A stretch of DNA of 63,850 nucleotides, the filler included, from Intoshia linei (taxonomy: Eukaryota; Animalia; Orthonectida), in NCBI GenBank assembly GCA_001642005.1. It is 8 parts of 8 records of this genome, joined end to end, with 100 filler letters (N's around TTAATTAATTAA, not from the genome) between each part and the next. Parts side by side here need not be neighbours in the genome. Positions count along the whole stretch, not along the records: positions 1 to 11,879 come from LWCA01001136.1; positions 11,980 to 19,220 come from LWCA01001584.1; 6 more parts are not named here. One strand, 5' to 3'. This document shows, piece after piece, positions 1 through 12,290 of this stretch. Numbering within the stretch: position 1 is the first letter of the stretch; each line of letters begins with the position of its first letter. The notes below the pieces were generated by a model. That model did not search any database, had not been told where the DNA came from, and saw only the letters and a program-made list of their open reading frames with translations. Both the position numbers and the translations under genes were made by a program.

Positions 1-1019
1 AGTTTTCTGACTTTCTTTAACACCTTTTCAAATTCAGGTTTTGGCAGGGGGAAACAAGCATTCTCATGAGCTAAATGTGTTTGAAGAATCATGTCTTGCT
101 GGCTTGGTTCGGCTTCATCTGCACTATCCTCTTCTATATCATTCGTTTCAATTTCTTCATCCGTCTCATCGGCTGAGGCAATATTTTCAATCTTTTTTTC
201 ATATAATATGTCTAACACAGACAGATGTATACAATGTGCAATACATTATAATACAGTGTTGATGATCAGGCTTGATTTCTTTACCAAATTTTACCATTAC
301 AGCGGCTCCATCAGTTGTGCAGCCAACAATATGCTCATCTAAGTTCAATCCAAATTCGTGTAAGTGTTGTCTTATAATTTCCTCAGTTTTTCTGCTGTTA
401 AGAGAACCATTAATTTCAATGAGACCTAACGACCAATGGTTATCTTTTGCATGAACATTTATATTCATATACCTTTTATTTTGTATAGACGTATATTCAT
501 CTAACGTCAATGAGTAGCGAATCCCTAAGGCTACTTGTTTTTCAAATTAGCAGATGAGTTCTTTCTTTTTAGTTATGAAGTAATTCATGACCATATTCTT
601 GACTCCGTTTGAAGATGTTGGTGGTAATTTATCATATTTACCTTTCTGAACTTGAAGGTTTGTCTGTATATTATTGCTTTTAGCTATTGAGTTAAAAGAA
701 AATCCATCCATAGCGACTAGTTTTGAAATCTCTTCCATAGATTTCTTAATTAAAAATTTTTCTAACCTTCTTGTTATGTTCACAGGAGATTGATTCTTAT
801 ATTCATTTATGTCTATTTGATGAAGTTTCTATAAGTGCAAGATTAAAGATGTGGTTGATCCTCCTGAAGACTTCATGGTCTTCTGATACTTCGTGCATTG
901 AACAAATTACAAATAATAAAACCGTAATATATAGTATATAAAATATTCAATTTCGGAATTGACGATCATTACATAAAAATCAGTTTTAATCGGTTTTATA
1001 AAACCGATTTCAAGCCCTA
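1..1019 (-). mobile_element. Degenerate hAT transposon (BED finger + DDE transposase fragments), cut by the window start
   Basis: Minus-strand fragments TLDEYTS, IVGCTTDGAAVM, QHC..HCIHL and a decayed BED finger (~830-900), with stops and frameshifts. hAT-like terminus TAGGGCTTGAAATCGGTTT at 1019-1001. Confidence 0.85.
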
Positions 1020-1128
1020 CTCCTGACCATAAGAATACAATTTAGTGGTGGTGCCTTCTGTGAATCGCTCTAATTTCAAATTCGATGATAACTTGAAAAT
1101 TTAATATTTAAATGAACATACACTAATG

Positions 1129-1648
1129 CAGTGATTTTCAATAGGTGCACTAATGCGCGCTAAGACATCTAAAATAAATTTTAAATCAAGGATTTTTAAC
1201 TCGTTAATATTAAACATAAAAAGACAAAAAATTAAATATGTTGAAGAAATGAGAATTTCTGTCTAATTCGACTCGAAATTGATAAAATTGCCAAAACTCA
1301 TCAAGCTAATATTTCAAACATTAAATAATTATTTTAAAATATTAAGTTTAATTAAAAAATGTATTATTAATTATCGGTCACTTTGTCGAGAAGTTGAATT
1401 TGTATGTTTTATTTTTGATACTAATGCAGAAAAATTAGTATTACAATTTTATTAGGGGGTTGCAACAATAAAAAAATTGGGAACCACAACTTTAAGATAT
1501 TAGTTACCATTCCTAATTAGAATATCTATTATTATATATAGTAGTATAAACTTTTAATATAATAATTTTTGTCTCTATTACAGGGTGCCCGCCAAAATTT
1601 TTAATTAATGCTAAGTGCGCGCTGTGGTAAATAAGTTGAGAATCATTG
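1129..1648. mobile_element. hAT/Buster-type MITE
   Basis: TIRs CAGTGATTTTCAA / TTGAGAATCATTG. 8-bp TSD CACTAATG/CACTAATC. Confidence 0.8.
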
Positions 1649-3639
1649 CACTAATCCAATAAAAATCTCCGAAAGCGCTGAATTAGACTTAATATATCAT
1701 GTATCCATGTACGATAAGTTGAAATGAAAAATCTTTTCCAAAGTTTTCCAATCCTTGAAGAAAAAAATTAGTTTCACCAATCTCAGAATAACAAGAATTG
1801 AAAAACAGAAAAATGTATACAGAAAATGATAAAATTGATTTTGTTTCTATAATGCCATAGGACTATGTGAGTCTTCACAAAACTAACAAAATCTAAATTA
1901 TCTAATCGAAAAAATTAACTTTTATCAAACCCTGCTACTAAAACAAATTAATAAACGGCATGAATTGAGCTGATCATATGAAAATGTAAAAATTGATTAA
2001 TCATAAGAAAACTATCGTCGTATTGTAATCTTCGTAAAACTAACAAATACATCTTTAAATAGAAAAATTAAAAACAGCATATCAAACCTCTTGTGACCAA
2101 TTTCCCCAAATGTAATCATCAGTTCGGTGAAATATCCTTAATTTCTAAACAAAACCTATTAACAGTTGATAATATTATTCGATGAAATCATTGTACAATA
2201 CTTAATTGTATCCTGTCTGTTTCGAGTTGCATACAAAAAATACGTGACTCAGCCAAGGGCCTATGTGTCCTTAATCATAAGTTTTATTTTGAAAAAATGA
2301 AACTTTATAAATACATATATTGCAATCCGAATAAATATGAATCTAGGATAATTTATAAAATATTTGGTTATTGCATTTTTCACTGGGAAGGTGCAAATTT
2401 TATTTTAAAATCAACATTGGATTATTAAAAAGAAAGGCATATAAAATTATACGGACCAATTTTAGAACTGCTGTATGTTTATAAGGGGTGTTATATATTA
2501 CATTAATAAAAAATTACTCTGGTATAGAAATAAACAAAATATATCATCAATAAAATATGTGTAATATATGTTAATAAGTTAGTTTTCTGTAATTGGATGA
2601 CTCGTGGAGGTATATGTAACGCTTGTTCACCTAGAGTTGACCTCGTGTCTACAATTAATTCTTGTACATTTTTTGAGTTAGTAGTTGGTAGATTAGTTCC
2701 TTTGAATCTGACTAATGAGAATGTATAATCACTATGTATAAACTAGCCCATATATTCAAATACCTATTCTATTATTGAGATACAAGTGTCTTGATAAATC
2801 GTTGATAAATTTTTTTCTAAATATTTGATTCATTTTTAGTTTAAAAAATGTCAACTTTATTTAAAATGTATGTTTATTTGGTTTATTATTATAATTTATT
2901 ATTTGGTAGTTATTAATACTTTGGCTAAAATGTATTTAAATTCAGAGAGACTTTATCTACATTATATATTTAGACTAAATTTTAGTAGATGCACATTTTA
3001 TAGTGTATAATATCCATTTTATTAAGATTGACAGGCTAATTCCTCGTTAACGGAATTTTTGGTCCTAAAAAAAAATCCCATTCCGTTAGCGAAGATTTTT
3101 TTTATAAATAATGTGCTATACGTTCAAATAATAGAATTTTTTTTATTTTCATTCCATTTAACATATCATTTCTTTAACTGGTCATTTGATTAATCATTTC
3201 ATATTATATAATAAATCATTAATTACTAAACGATGTTAAAATAACAAATATAAACAAAAATTTATTTAAACTATTCGGACATATTCTTGGTATCATTGAT
3301 TTTAGTTCATCAATTAATACCGTATACCTAATATAATCAGAATTTGTGATATCATCTTCCAAATTCTAAATGGGTTTACTTGATAATTCGTCCATATTTG
3401 TAAATTCCTGTCTATTTTGATCAAATTCTTTATCAATTAAAAATTCTAACTCATCAAAATTGTAATTATCGCTAAATTGTTCAGCATCTTTCAAATCAGA
3501 TACAGTTACAACATTATAATTATGCTAGTTAAGTTCTATTAACTGATCACTTAACATTTCCTTTTCTAATATGATCGTATTTGACTGAGTATTGGATTGG
3601 TAATTTTCAAGGTAATTTTAGATAATTAAATAGAAGTTT

Positions 3640-4056
3640 AAGTAAAGATGATTGGGTACGAACAATGAAACCATCTATGAAAGGATATATCCTTTCTGAA
3701 CCTGTTAAAATAAGCGAAATTGTGAAACCCGGAACATACAAATTATCTGATAATTCCATATGGAATGGTTCTAGATTAACCAAAAGTCAAAATCTATCAA
3801 ATAACAAAATTGATAATATATTGATTGATGTGAATACAGAGCCATCGGCTGAAATTATAAATGATATTGGTATAACAGATATTCCATCTAAAAGGGTTCG
3901 GCGAAAACCCGCGCATTTAAATGATTATATTCTTGATACTCCTTAAAATATAAAAATTGAAGGCCCCTTGCGGGGAAGGATGTAATGTCCTAGTTACATT
4001 TTGTATATAATTTAATATAGTTATTTATTAAAATAAAGTTTTATTAAAGTCTTACA
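3640..4056 (+). mobile_element. 3' end of a Gypsy-like LTR retrotransposon (pol tail, PPT, short 3' LTR)
   Basis: ORF 3665-3946 has SEPVKI..PGTYKLSDNSIWN and the terminal KRVRRKPAHLNDY motif. Polypurine tract GGGGAAGGA ends at 3980. TGTAA...TTACA at 3981-4056 contains AATAAA. Confidence 0.7.
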
Positions 4057-4838
4057 TTTGATAAATTAACGTTATTGCAGTTAGACTCTACAAATGTAGA
4101 CTGTATAAATGTTATACTATTTATTAGAAATGAATTATTTTTTAGTAAGATTAATGAAATTTCGGTTTAAAATAATGTCCAAAAATAACATCAGAATGTA
4201 AATAACTTCATTAATTTTTATTTACTTAATTATTATTATTATTAAAATAATTCCAACAATTTGCAAACTTTTTTACAGCGGCGAAAAAAAGGAACAAAAT
4301 AAGAAATGGAGGCACCACTAAGGAAGTATTATTTGGTGTATGAGGTAATATTTCTGAAAAATATTCACCTATATATTTTTTAATTATAATAGTTTTACAC
4401 TTGACTGTAAAACTATAATTAAATATTCCACATTATCTATCTTCTCATTCTGTATTCCATATTATTGAGTCCATATTTCAAAATACTAACATTACAGTAC
4501 AATATATTAGCAAATATCAAAATAATACTACACTTTAATTCTTTTCCGTAACATACGGTGAAACACTATAATTTTGGTCATTTAACTGTTTATTTAGAAA
4601 TTATGAATTTACAATAAATAAATTTTGCTTGAAACCAGAATTAAATATCAAATATTGCAATAATTATTTATCAAGGATATCAAATAATTAGCACTGGTGA
4701 CATAAATGACTCATATTAAATTAATAATATAAATTGATATCAATATAATGCATTTATCGACCCAAATTAGAAATTGGACACAAATATGAAACATTATTAT
4801 TCCAATGATTACTATCATTTAACATTAATTATCGCAAA

Positions 4839-7800
4839 ATGTCCATCCTATCCGATATATTAAATCCTAAATTGTGGATAAGTGGACTTGCCGAATTGAT
4901 TGGTAATTTTTTTAATTTAGTTATAAGTATATATTATAGTAATAGAACAACCGTTAATCTATATTAATATTATTTAAATATATATTAATATTTATAATTG
5001 CAAAAAGTATTTTATTATGTAAATTATATTTGCTATTTAATGGTTGGTTTTATTAATGTAAATACAATGTAATGTAATAATATTTTTTATTGTTATATAC
5101 AACACTCCTAATAGTTTTAGGCTAATACAGTCAAACCTGGCGATAGTGAACAAAATATGCGTCTCATTTCAGTTTGATAAGTTAATTTTTTGTATGTCAA
5201 TCAGAATGAATTTGCAAGCATTATGATATCATTATTATGTATATTAATTAGATAAATAAAATTTGATTAAGTTTTTATTTCATATTTAAACTTTAATTTA
5301 CCAGCAATTATTCAAATTTTCTGTAATCGAATGAATTCAGTATAAATTTATCACTAAATAAATTCACCAAATGTCGATTTTCTTTGGTGTAAGCTTATAT
5401 ACAAATTATAAAACTACTAACACACTAACTTTGTAAATAAATTTGATAAATAAGATTTATCAATTTTTTTCAGAAATTACCATGCTCCTAAATATAATAA
5501 AAAATAGAGAATATTCAAATCAATTTGTATATATTCCTTCAAAAAGGCAATTAATCGTTCTTTATTGAAAGGCTTATTTAATTAAAATGGTTTATTTAAT
5601 TAAGGTGTTCCTATATTCAGGTTAGACTGTACGCATATATAAATATTTAATATTTATCAGGGACTCTGCTACTTGTAATAATTGGATGTGGTTCCGCTAT
5701 AACATGGAGTTCAATTAATCCACCAACAATAACCCAAATATCACTTACATTTGGATTCAGCGTTGCCGTATTTATATTTAATACAGTTGATATATAATGT
5801 ATGTCTGGAGTACGAGTCGGGAGTCCCGACTCGGGACTGTTAATGTTATAACTGTTTTCTGTTGTTTTAAAAAGCCATTGACTATACCAGTGCTTCTTAA
5901 TCTTTTTTACTTCAGGGAGCACTTGTAAAATGCATAAAAATTTGGGGTACACCTTAAATTTTGATAAAAAAAGTACATCGATGTACGAAAATATAAAATC
6001 GTAATAATTTTAAAAAAATACTTTTATTTGGTTAACTTTAATTTACTTTAATTGTTAGTAAAGAACTTTTGATGTATGATGAAATTTATTGATATTTTTG
6101 GAGTTCACCATATTATTGAAATAAACAATATGTGAACATTATTATATTCAATAGTAACTAGAAAAATGTTTATCAGAGAATTTTCAATGTAAAACTTTGA
6201 AAATAAATTATAAAATTTTTTATAAAATAAACTCAAATTTGCGGCAGATCTTAACACTAATCATGGCGCACCATTGGGCTGCCGTGCACGGGTCAAGAAT
6301 CACTGAACTATTCGATGAAGAATCATGATTATTTTTAATTAAACGAACTTGTATACTAATGTACACTTTGTATTTGTATACAAAATAAGATTATTAGGCC
6401 GCCATATTGTGAACATTTAGACTGAAAAGGACTACCACTAATAATTTTCAACATTTAAATTTTATTTTGACTAAAATTTTCGAGATGATAGCCAAATTCT
6501 TATGTTGACTTTAGTAATTTTAAAGACTGAAAATTTACAAAAATTTCCGCTTTTTTTTTTTTAATAAAATGAAAAATAAGTTTTTATATCACATTCACAT
6601 ATCTAAATCTTAGCAATTTAATTTAATCACAGAAAAAATGTTGTGTCATTTTAATCTGATGATTTTAATTAAATGAACATAAATACCACATTATATACTC
6701 CAAATTTGTATATAAATTATCATAGAAATAAATTTAAGAGATCAACTTAGGTAATTGCTTGGTCCATAGCTCACATCAGTGGAGGTCATATAAATCCTGC
6801 CGTCACATTTGGTCTATTTTGTGCAAGAAGGATTTCAATAATACGCCTTGTTGTATACATTGTATCTCAAGTAAGCTATATATTAATTAAAATTTAAACA
6901 CTAAAAAAATTATCAAATTTTCTAAACTGTAGATTTTAGGTGAGTTCTGCAACACCATCCGATTCGATCTGAACATGAACTTGGATCTTTTCGGATCGTG
7001 TAGAAAATTTTTTTGATATTTCGTGTTTTAAGTTTTTAACTTACTTTAAATTTTAATTTTAAAACTAAGTCTAAATTTTTATTGGAGTTTCGGATCGTGT
7101 TTCAAACAAAAATTTTTTGTTTCGTTCGTACATATCACCTCAACACGATCCGATGCAGAACTCTAGATTTTAGTAATATCGAATTTTTAAATATTATTGC
7201 ATAAAATCAGACACGTTGACGTAAAACAATACATTTGATTTTTAAGATATCAATTACTGATTTCTTTAACTTTTAACTAATTACATATACTGTAAGAATA
7301 AACCGATAATCATACTGCCTGATTTCAATAGATATATCAACTTGTATCAAAAATATTATATTAAGTGAAATGCAGAAAAGGCAGAATCTAATAATTTATC
7401 ATAACAATTATCAGAATATAATTAGTACTGTATTCTGTAATGTAGAAATTCCATCATATTGTTTATATTAAAATTTTGTAAATGAAAAATAATTATACAG
7501 AAAAGTATTTTATAATATTGTAAATTCAAAATTACCTGTGCTTCATAAAATCCAAAAATGCGCCATTTTTAAAACAAATTTTATCTGATTTCTTGAGATA
7601 TTTATATATGAGATTATATATGCAATGCATAAAATGTATTAATGTGACAAATATTTTAGTGCCTTGGCGCTGTTATTGGCGCACTAATTGTGCAAACGCT
7701 CACACCGGATAGATCTGAAATGAGCATTAATGAAGGTTGGTATATCGGTACACCATCGCCAAACGAATTAGTTTCATATGCTGACGCCTTCGGTAATTGA

Positions 7801-8494
7801 TTCATTCACAAATGTAAATTGATTATCGTAAAATTTAACTAATTAGACTAGTATACTTAAAATAATAATAAAATATTTAGGTGTGGAATTAATCATAACT
7901 TTTGTACTTGTTTTTTGTGTATTTGCTACATGTGATCCAAAAAGAGAGGATACAAAATATGCCGGTCCGATTGTTATAGGATTTTCAATTGCCATGTGCC
8001 ATTTATATGCAGTATTGATTGAATATTTATCATACTTTAATCATCGTTAAAATTAATTTGTATTTACTAAATTATATAGGTTCCTGTAACCGGTTCAGGG
8101 ATGAACCCTGCTCGAGTGTTTGGCCCAGCAGTAGTCTCAGGAAAGTGGATAGCTCATTGGGTATTTATTTAAATTTATGTGACTTGTACAATATAGCTAA
8201 TATTTTTCTTACTGGGATTGTGAAATATTCAATCTTATTTATAGTTACTAATCTTTAAAATAGATTTATTGGCTTGCTCCATTGATCGGAGGAGGCATAG
8301 CAGGACTTTTATACGAACTATTATTTTCATTGAACGCTTCAATTGATAAAATGAAAGCATTTATTAAAATAAATTATGATGCAGAAGAATATGATGATGT
8401 GGAAAGTGTAATGTTGACAAATGTCGTAACTGTGTCCGAAAAATCCCATAACATTAAGCATACCCCTCGAAATAGTGTTGGAATCAAAAATTGA
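4839..8494 (+). CDS. Classical aquaporin (MIP family, AQP4/Drip-like), 7 exons: 4839-4902, 5661-5767, 6751-6870, 7660-7792, 7881-8011, 8080-8160, 8264-8494
   Basis: Spliced translation gives [47 protein letters not shown] and [12 protein letters not shown]. All introns are GT-AG and phases are consistent. Confidence 0.95.
5128..5629. mobile_element. Tigger/pogo-type MITE in aquaporin intron 1
   Basis: TA|CAGTCAAACCTG ... CAGGTTAGACTG|TA. Confidence 0.7.
5888..6305. mobile_element. hAT/Buster-type MITE in aquaporin intron 2
   Basis: TIRs CAGTGCTTCTTAA / TCAAGAATCACTG. TSD GACTATAC/AACTATTC (6/8). Confidence 0.7.
6940..7165. mobile_element. hAT MITE in aquaporin intron 3
   Basis: TIR GAGTTCTGCA/TGCAGAACTC, subterminal CGGATCGTG motifs, perfect 8-bp TSD GATTTTAG. 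Confidence 0.8.
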
Positions 8495-9489
8495 TGAAAC
8501 TGATAACAATTGATAAAAATTGAAAATATTTCCAATGTTCATTTAATTTTATGTATTCATTATAAATTTATTAATTCAACAGTTATACAATTTTTTAATG
8601 TTTACAATGTGATCAGTGATCACTGATCAACAATTTAACATTCTAATTAGTATGAAATCGCACCATAATTAACGGATATACTTGCAATTGGTGATATCTT
8701 CAAAAGCATTTCTTCTTCTTCTCATTCTGCATACACTTGAATATACTTTAATAATTGTCATTAAACTTTGATCGGCTCGCATAGTACCATTTGATCCAGT
8801 TTGGATAATATTCATATTCGATTTTGTTTGAACTACTGACAAACTTTTCCGTTCTAACAATGGTTTTTTTCGCACGTACCATTCTTTCAATGCTAAATAA
8901 GTTTTATCCAAAATTGTCATAATCGATAATTATGATCACATTCTATATCATTTTTAAGTAGAGTAACTTTAATAATTTTAGTATTTTTCAAAGATTTGCG
9001 TAGCACAGATTAAATGTAAATTCTCTAGTTATATAGTTACCCTTATTGGATCCAAAACAAAATTATTTTGAAATAGTAAGGAATGATTTGTGAAATGGTT
9101 ATTAAAGTTTTTTTATTTATTAAACTTTGACATTTTCACCAAAATTTTTTCACAGTAATGCGATTTATCTCAAGGGAATATAACCAATACAAACTGCGAG
9201 AAGATGGCAAATGTAAACCCTTAAGGAAGAGTGTATGAAAGTGTATCTCAAATAAAATATTATGCCATATCGTCTAAAAATTTAAATTAACCACGTGTAT
9301 TTACGCATGTGGATAACCCATAGGGTAGACTTAATTAGAGGTTTATTACGGTACAAACTTTCACATTTCTTGAACGTTAAAGTTAAAATTTTCATAAATA
9401 CTCCCACCAAGGCCTTAGAGAAAACTGAATTTATGTTTAGACGTTATAATATCTAATAAATTTCAATAATATTAACTATAATTATGTTG

Positions 9490-11560
9490 AAATTACAATA
9501 TTTTTCTATGGATTTCATCCATTCTTTAGATTTTAAAACATTTTTATCTTGTATTTTTGTTTCCCTTTTAATATTTAGTGTTTTTGTGTTAAATGTTTTG
9601 AATTTATTCTGACAGGTTTCTGGCTTCTTTGTTGAAAGAGATGTTATTCTTCGTTTATTTTCATACATACACGTAGCTTTATTTTCTAAATCTATTTTTT
9701 CTTTAGTTTTAATTTTCAATGCAGATAAATTTGTTCTGGTGTCATCAATATCTGTAAATAATAAAAAATTTATAGGGTTTACAAATATATTTGACATTAA
9801 TCAAAAATACAATATACAATGTATCAGCTTTCTCTACCATGTTACACTCGTGAAACTCAGTTATTCAGGAATAAGTTCATCATATAATCTAGTGTTTCTC
9901 AACCGATGAGCCCGGCAATTTTTATGTGTGCCCAGCGCAAAATTGAAAACAAACTATAGACCATCGGTTCTCAACTGGGGTACTGGTACCACCTAGGGGT
10001 ACCATAAATTATTTTGGGGTACCATTTTGTCTCATCCTATGACTCACACTTTATGATTCATAAATTATAAATATTTTTAAAATTTTATAATACATTTATG
10101 TGTCTATTTTTGATGAAGTAGAGTTTAACTATTTATTTTATTTGATTTTTTTAATTCACATGATATCATAGTTACAATAAATAGAAATTATTATGGGTAA
10201 GAAATTATATTTTTTTAGTTTAGGGGTACCAACGGCAAAGTATGTTGAGAACCGCTGCTATAGACCACTTCAAAAAAAGTCAGTTACATACGATGTTTTT
10301 GTTTTTTCTACAATTCATTGAGAAAAACTGATATAATCTATATGAAGATTTCCCAACGGGTTATTGGAAAAATTGGTGATATAGAAAATAATAAGTCCAC
10401 TCCAAATTTGGTCAAAAGTTTAATTTTTCTTCAAAATTGGCAAAACTTGATCAGTTTATTTACTTCAAAATTTTCCACTTGATTTATTCCAGCGGTTCCC
10501 AAATGGTTGCATATTAAATATATGTACGTCCCAATTCCGTTAGTTCAATCATTTTAGATTTTTAAATTCTAAGACTTATTTTATTTAAAAAAAGGTTATT
10601 TGGGTATTTAACTTATTTAACTTAATTTGGGTAGACGAAATTCACGATATTTGATGGTATTGCGAAGTCTGTATTATAATTTTCATAAATTTTTTAAAAT
10701 TTTATACATATTGAAATAAAACAATTTTTCTAATAATCAAAACACTTGATAAACACGCGTATTACACAATACATACAATATTGAAATATAAACGTACGTC
10801 TGGGACTGGAAAGATTTGAAGCATTTGTATTTTTTGAATTATTCTTTGAGTCAGTGGAACTAAGCAATATAATAAAAAAATATGTAGATAATAATGATTA
10901 AGATGTAATATAGTCAACGCTCTGTAAGTGACCAATTTTGGGGAAATTTTGACTTTTCTATAGAAATTTCAATAATTTTGTAATCTTTTCAAAGTCACAA
11001 AAATTTAAAATCTTAAAATTTAAAACTAATGGGTGTATTTAATTAATTTAAAATAAAATATAAAATGCGTTTTTTACATTATTTGTTCATAATGAAACAA
11101 TATAAACAGTGTTTATTAAACACATAAGAAAATAAAAACAGTAGAATTTGGTTCTTCTCAATTCCCTTAAAATTATAAAGTTAAATGAATATATTAAAAA
11201 GTTATATCTTAAGTTGTACAATTTACATGTCATGTCCCAACCGACAAGTGTCACGATATTGTAGTTATACGAAAATTACAACACTTGAAGGAATATTCAT
11301 ATAAATCAGTAGAGATGGTTCATATACAATATCGAAAAGCGTCGAATATAGTGGTTTGGGTGTATTATAATAACCTTTTTTCATTTTCACTTTTATTTAC
11401 TAATTTACTTTTTTCTTTCCCTTTATCTATTTTTTCTATCTTTTCTACCAAATCAAAATATTTTTGATAATATTTTGTTTGGTAAGTGTTCATTTGAGAT
11501 AATGTTTGTTTGTGGTGTTTTTGTACTATTTTTATCATCTTTTTTGAAACAACTAAATAT
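9490..11560 (-). CDS. Possible multi-exon gene of unknown function (low-complexity, K/N-rich)
   Basis: AG/GT-bounded open segments with compatible phase at ~11560-11375 and ~10859-10798, plus ~9752-9490. No recognisable domain. Confidence 0.35.
9890..10330. mobile_element. hAT/Buster MITE (outer element of a nested pair)
   Basis: TAGTGTTTCTCAA ... TTGAGAAAAACTG. Perfect TSD ATATAATC. Confidence 0.85.
9962..10257. mobile_element. hAT/Buster MITE nested in the previous element
   Basis: CATCGGTTCTCAAC ... GTTGAGAACCGCTG. Perfect TSD CTATAGAC. Confidence 0.9.
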
Positions 11561-11879
11561 CTATAAATGCATAGTACTCAAAAAGGTATGATATTATTTG
11601 ATTAATTCAATAATATGTATAATAACTTGATCAATAAAATATAAATGATATGTAAAATTTTGATTTCAGATACAATCAAAATATCATTTAACGAAAATAA
11701 CAAAACGTTAAAATGGCATATTTGTTAAATAAATTTAACGAAAATATTAGAAATGTAACTGTATTAGAAATTTGCTGCTGCACACATGTCTTAGATTTAT
11801 CAAAATTATATTTAATATGAACAAATGTAATGTTTTAGATACTAAGATATTTACAATATAAATCTTATATTTAATTTAA

Positions 11880-11979
11880 NNNNNNNNNNNNNNNNNNNNN
11901 NNNNNNNNNNNNNNNNNNNNNNNTTAATTAATTAANNNNNNNNNNNNNNNNNNNNNNNNNNNNNNNNNNNNNNNNNNNN
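11880..11979. other. Artificial contig spacer (same at 19221-19320, 27942-28041, 42503-42602, 51107-51206, 57199-57298, 62558-62657)
   Basis: Identical 44N-TTAATTAATTAA-44N blocks. The 12-mer gives stops in all six frames. Confidence 0.98.
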
Positions 11980-12290
11980 TGTTGTGAAAAACGTTAGGAA
12001 TCATTAATTTAATGATTTATTACACTTTACATTAAATTTCACCTCGAAACATATTTTTTTCTGTGCTGTACCATAATGAAAGATTTTTTTAAAAAAAATT
12101 ATCGGGTAAAAGTTCGTCGGCTTAAAAAGATTAAAAACAATGATTGTTTTACTTTCTAAAATGTATAAGCTAGTATTTTATAGATTCATATATTATAAAT
12201 ATTAAATTTCAAGTAATCATATTAATATTAAATTATTTATAAACATTGAGATAATTATAAAAATATTTATTAAATATGATTATAATGTAA

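Noticed and set aside
41-454. Plus-strand ORFs 41-262, 91-342 and 272-454 (also 5647-5952, 34516-34746, 39922-40239, 47217-47489)
   Set aside because: These are antisense shadows of real coding or transposase sequence.
11375-11560. Apparent in-frame stops suggesting an alternative genetic code
   Set aside because: Another frame is open, and all conserved genes translate with the standard code once introns are removed.
11880-11979. Recurrent TTAATTAATTAA palindrome between N runs
   Set aside because: It is an artificial six-frame-stop linker. Cross-gap gene neighbourhoods were not interpreted.
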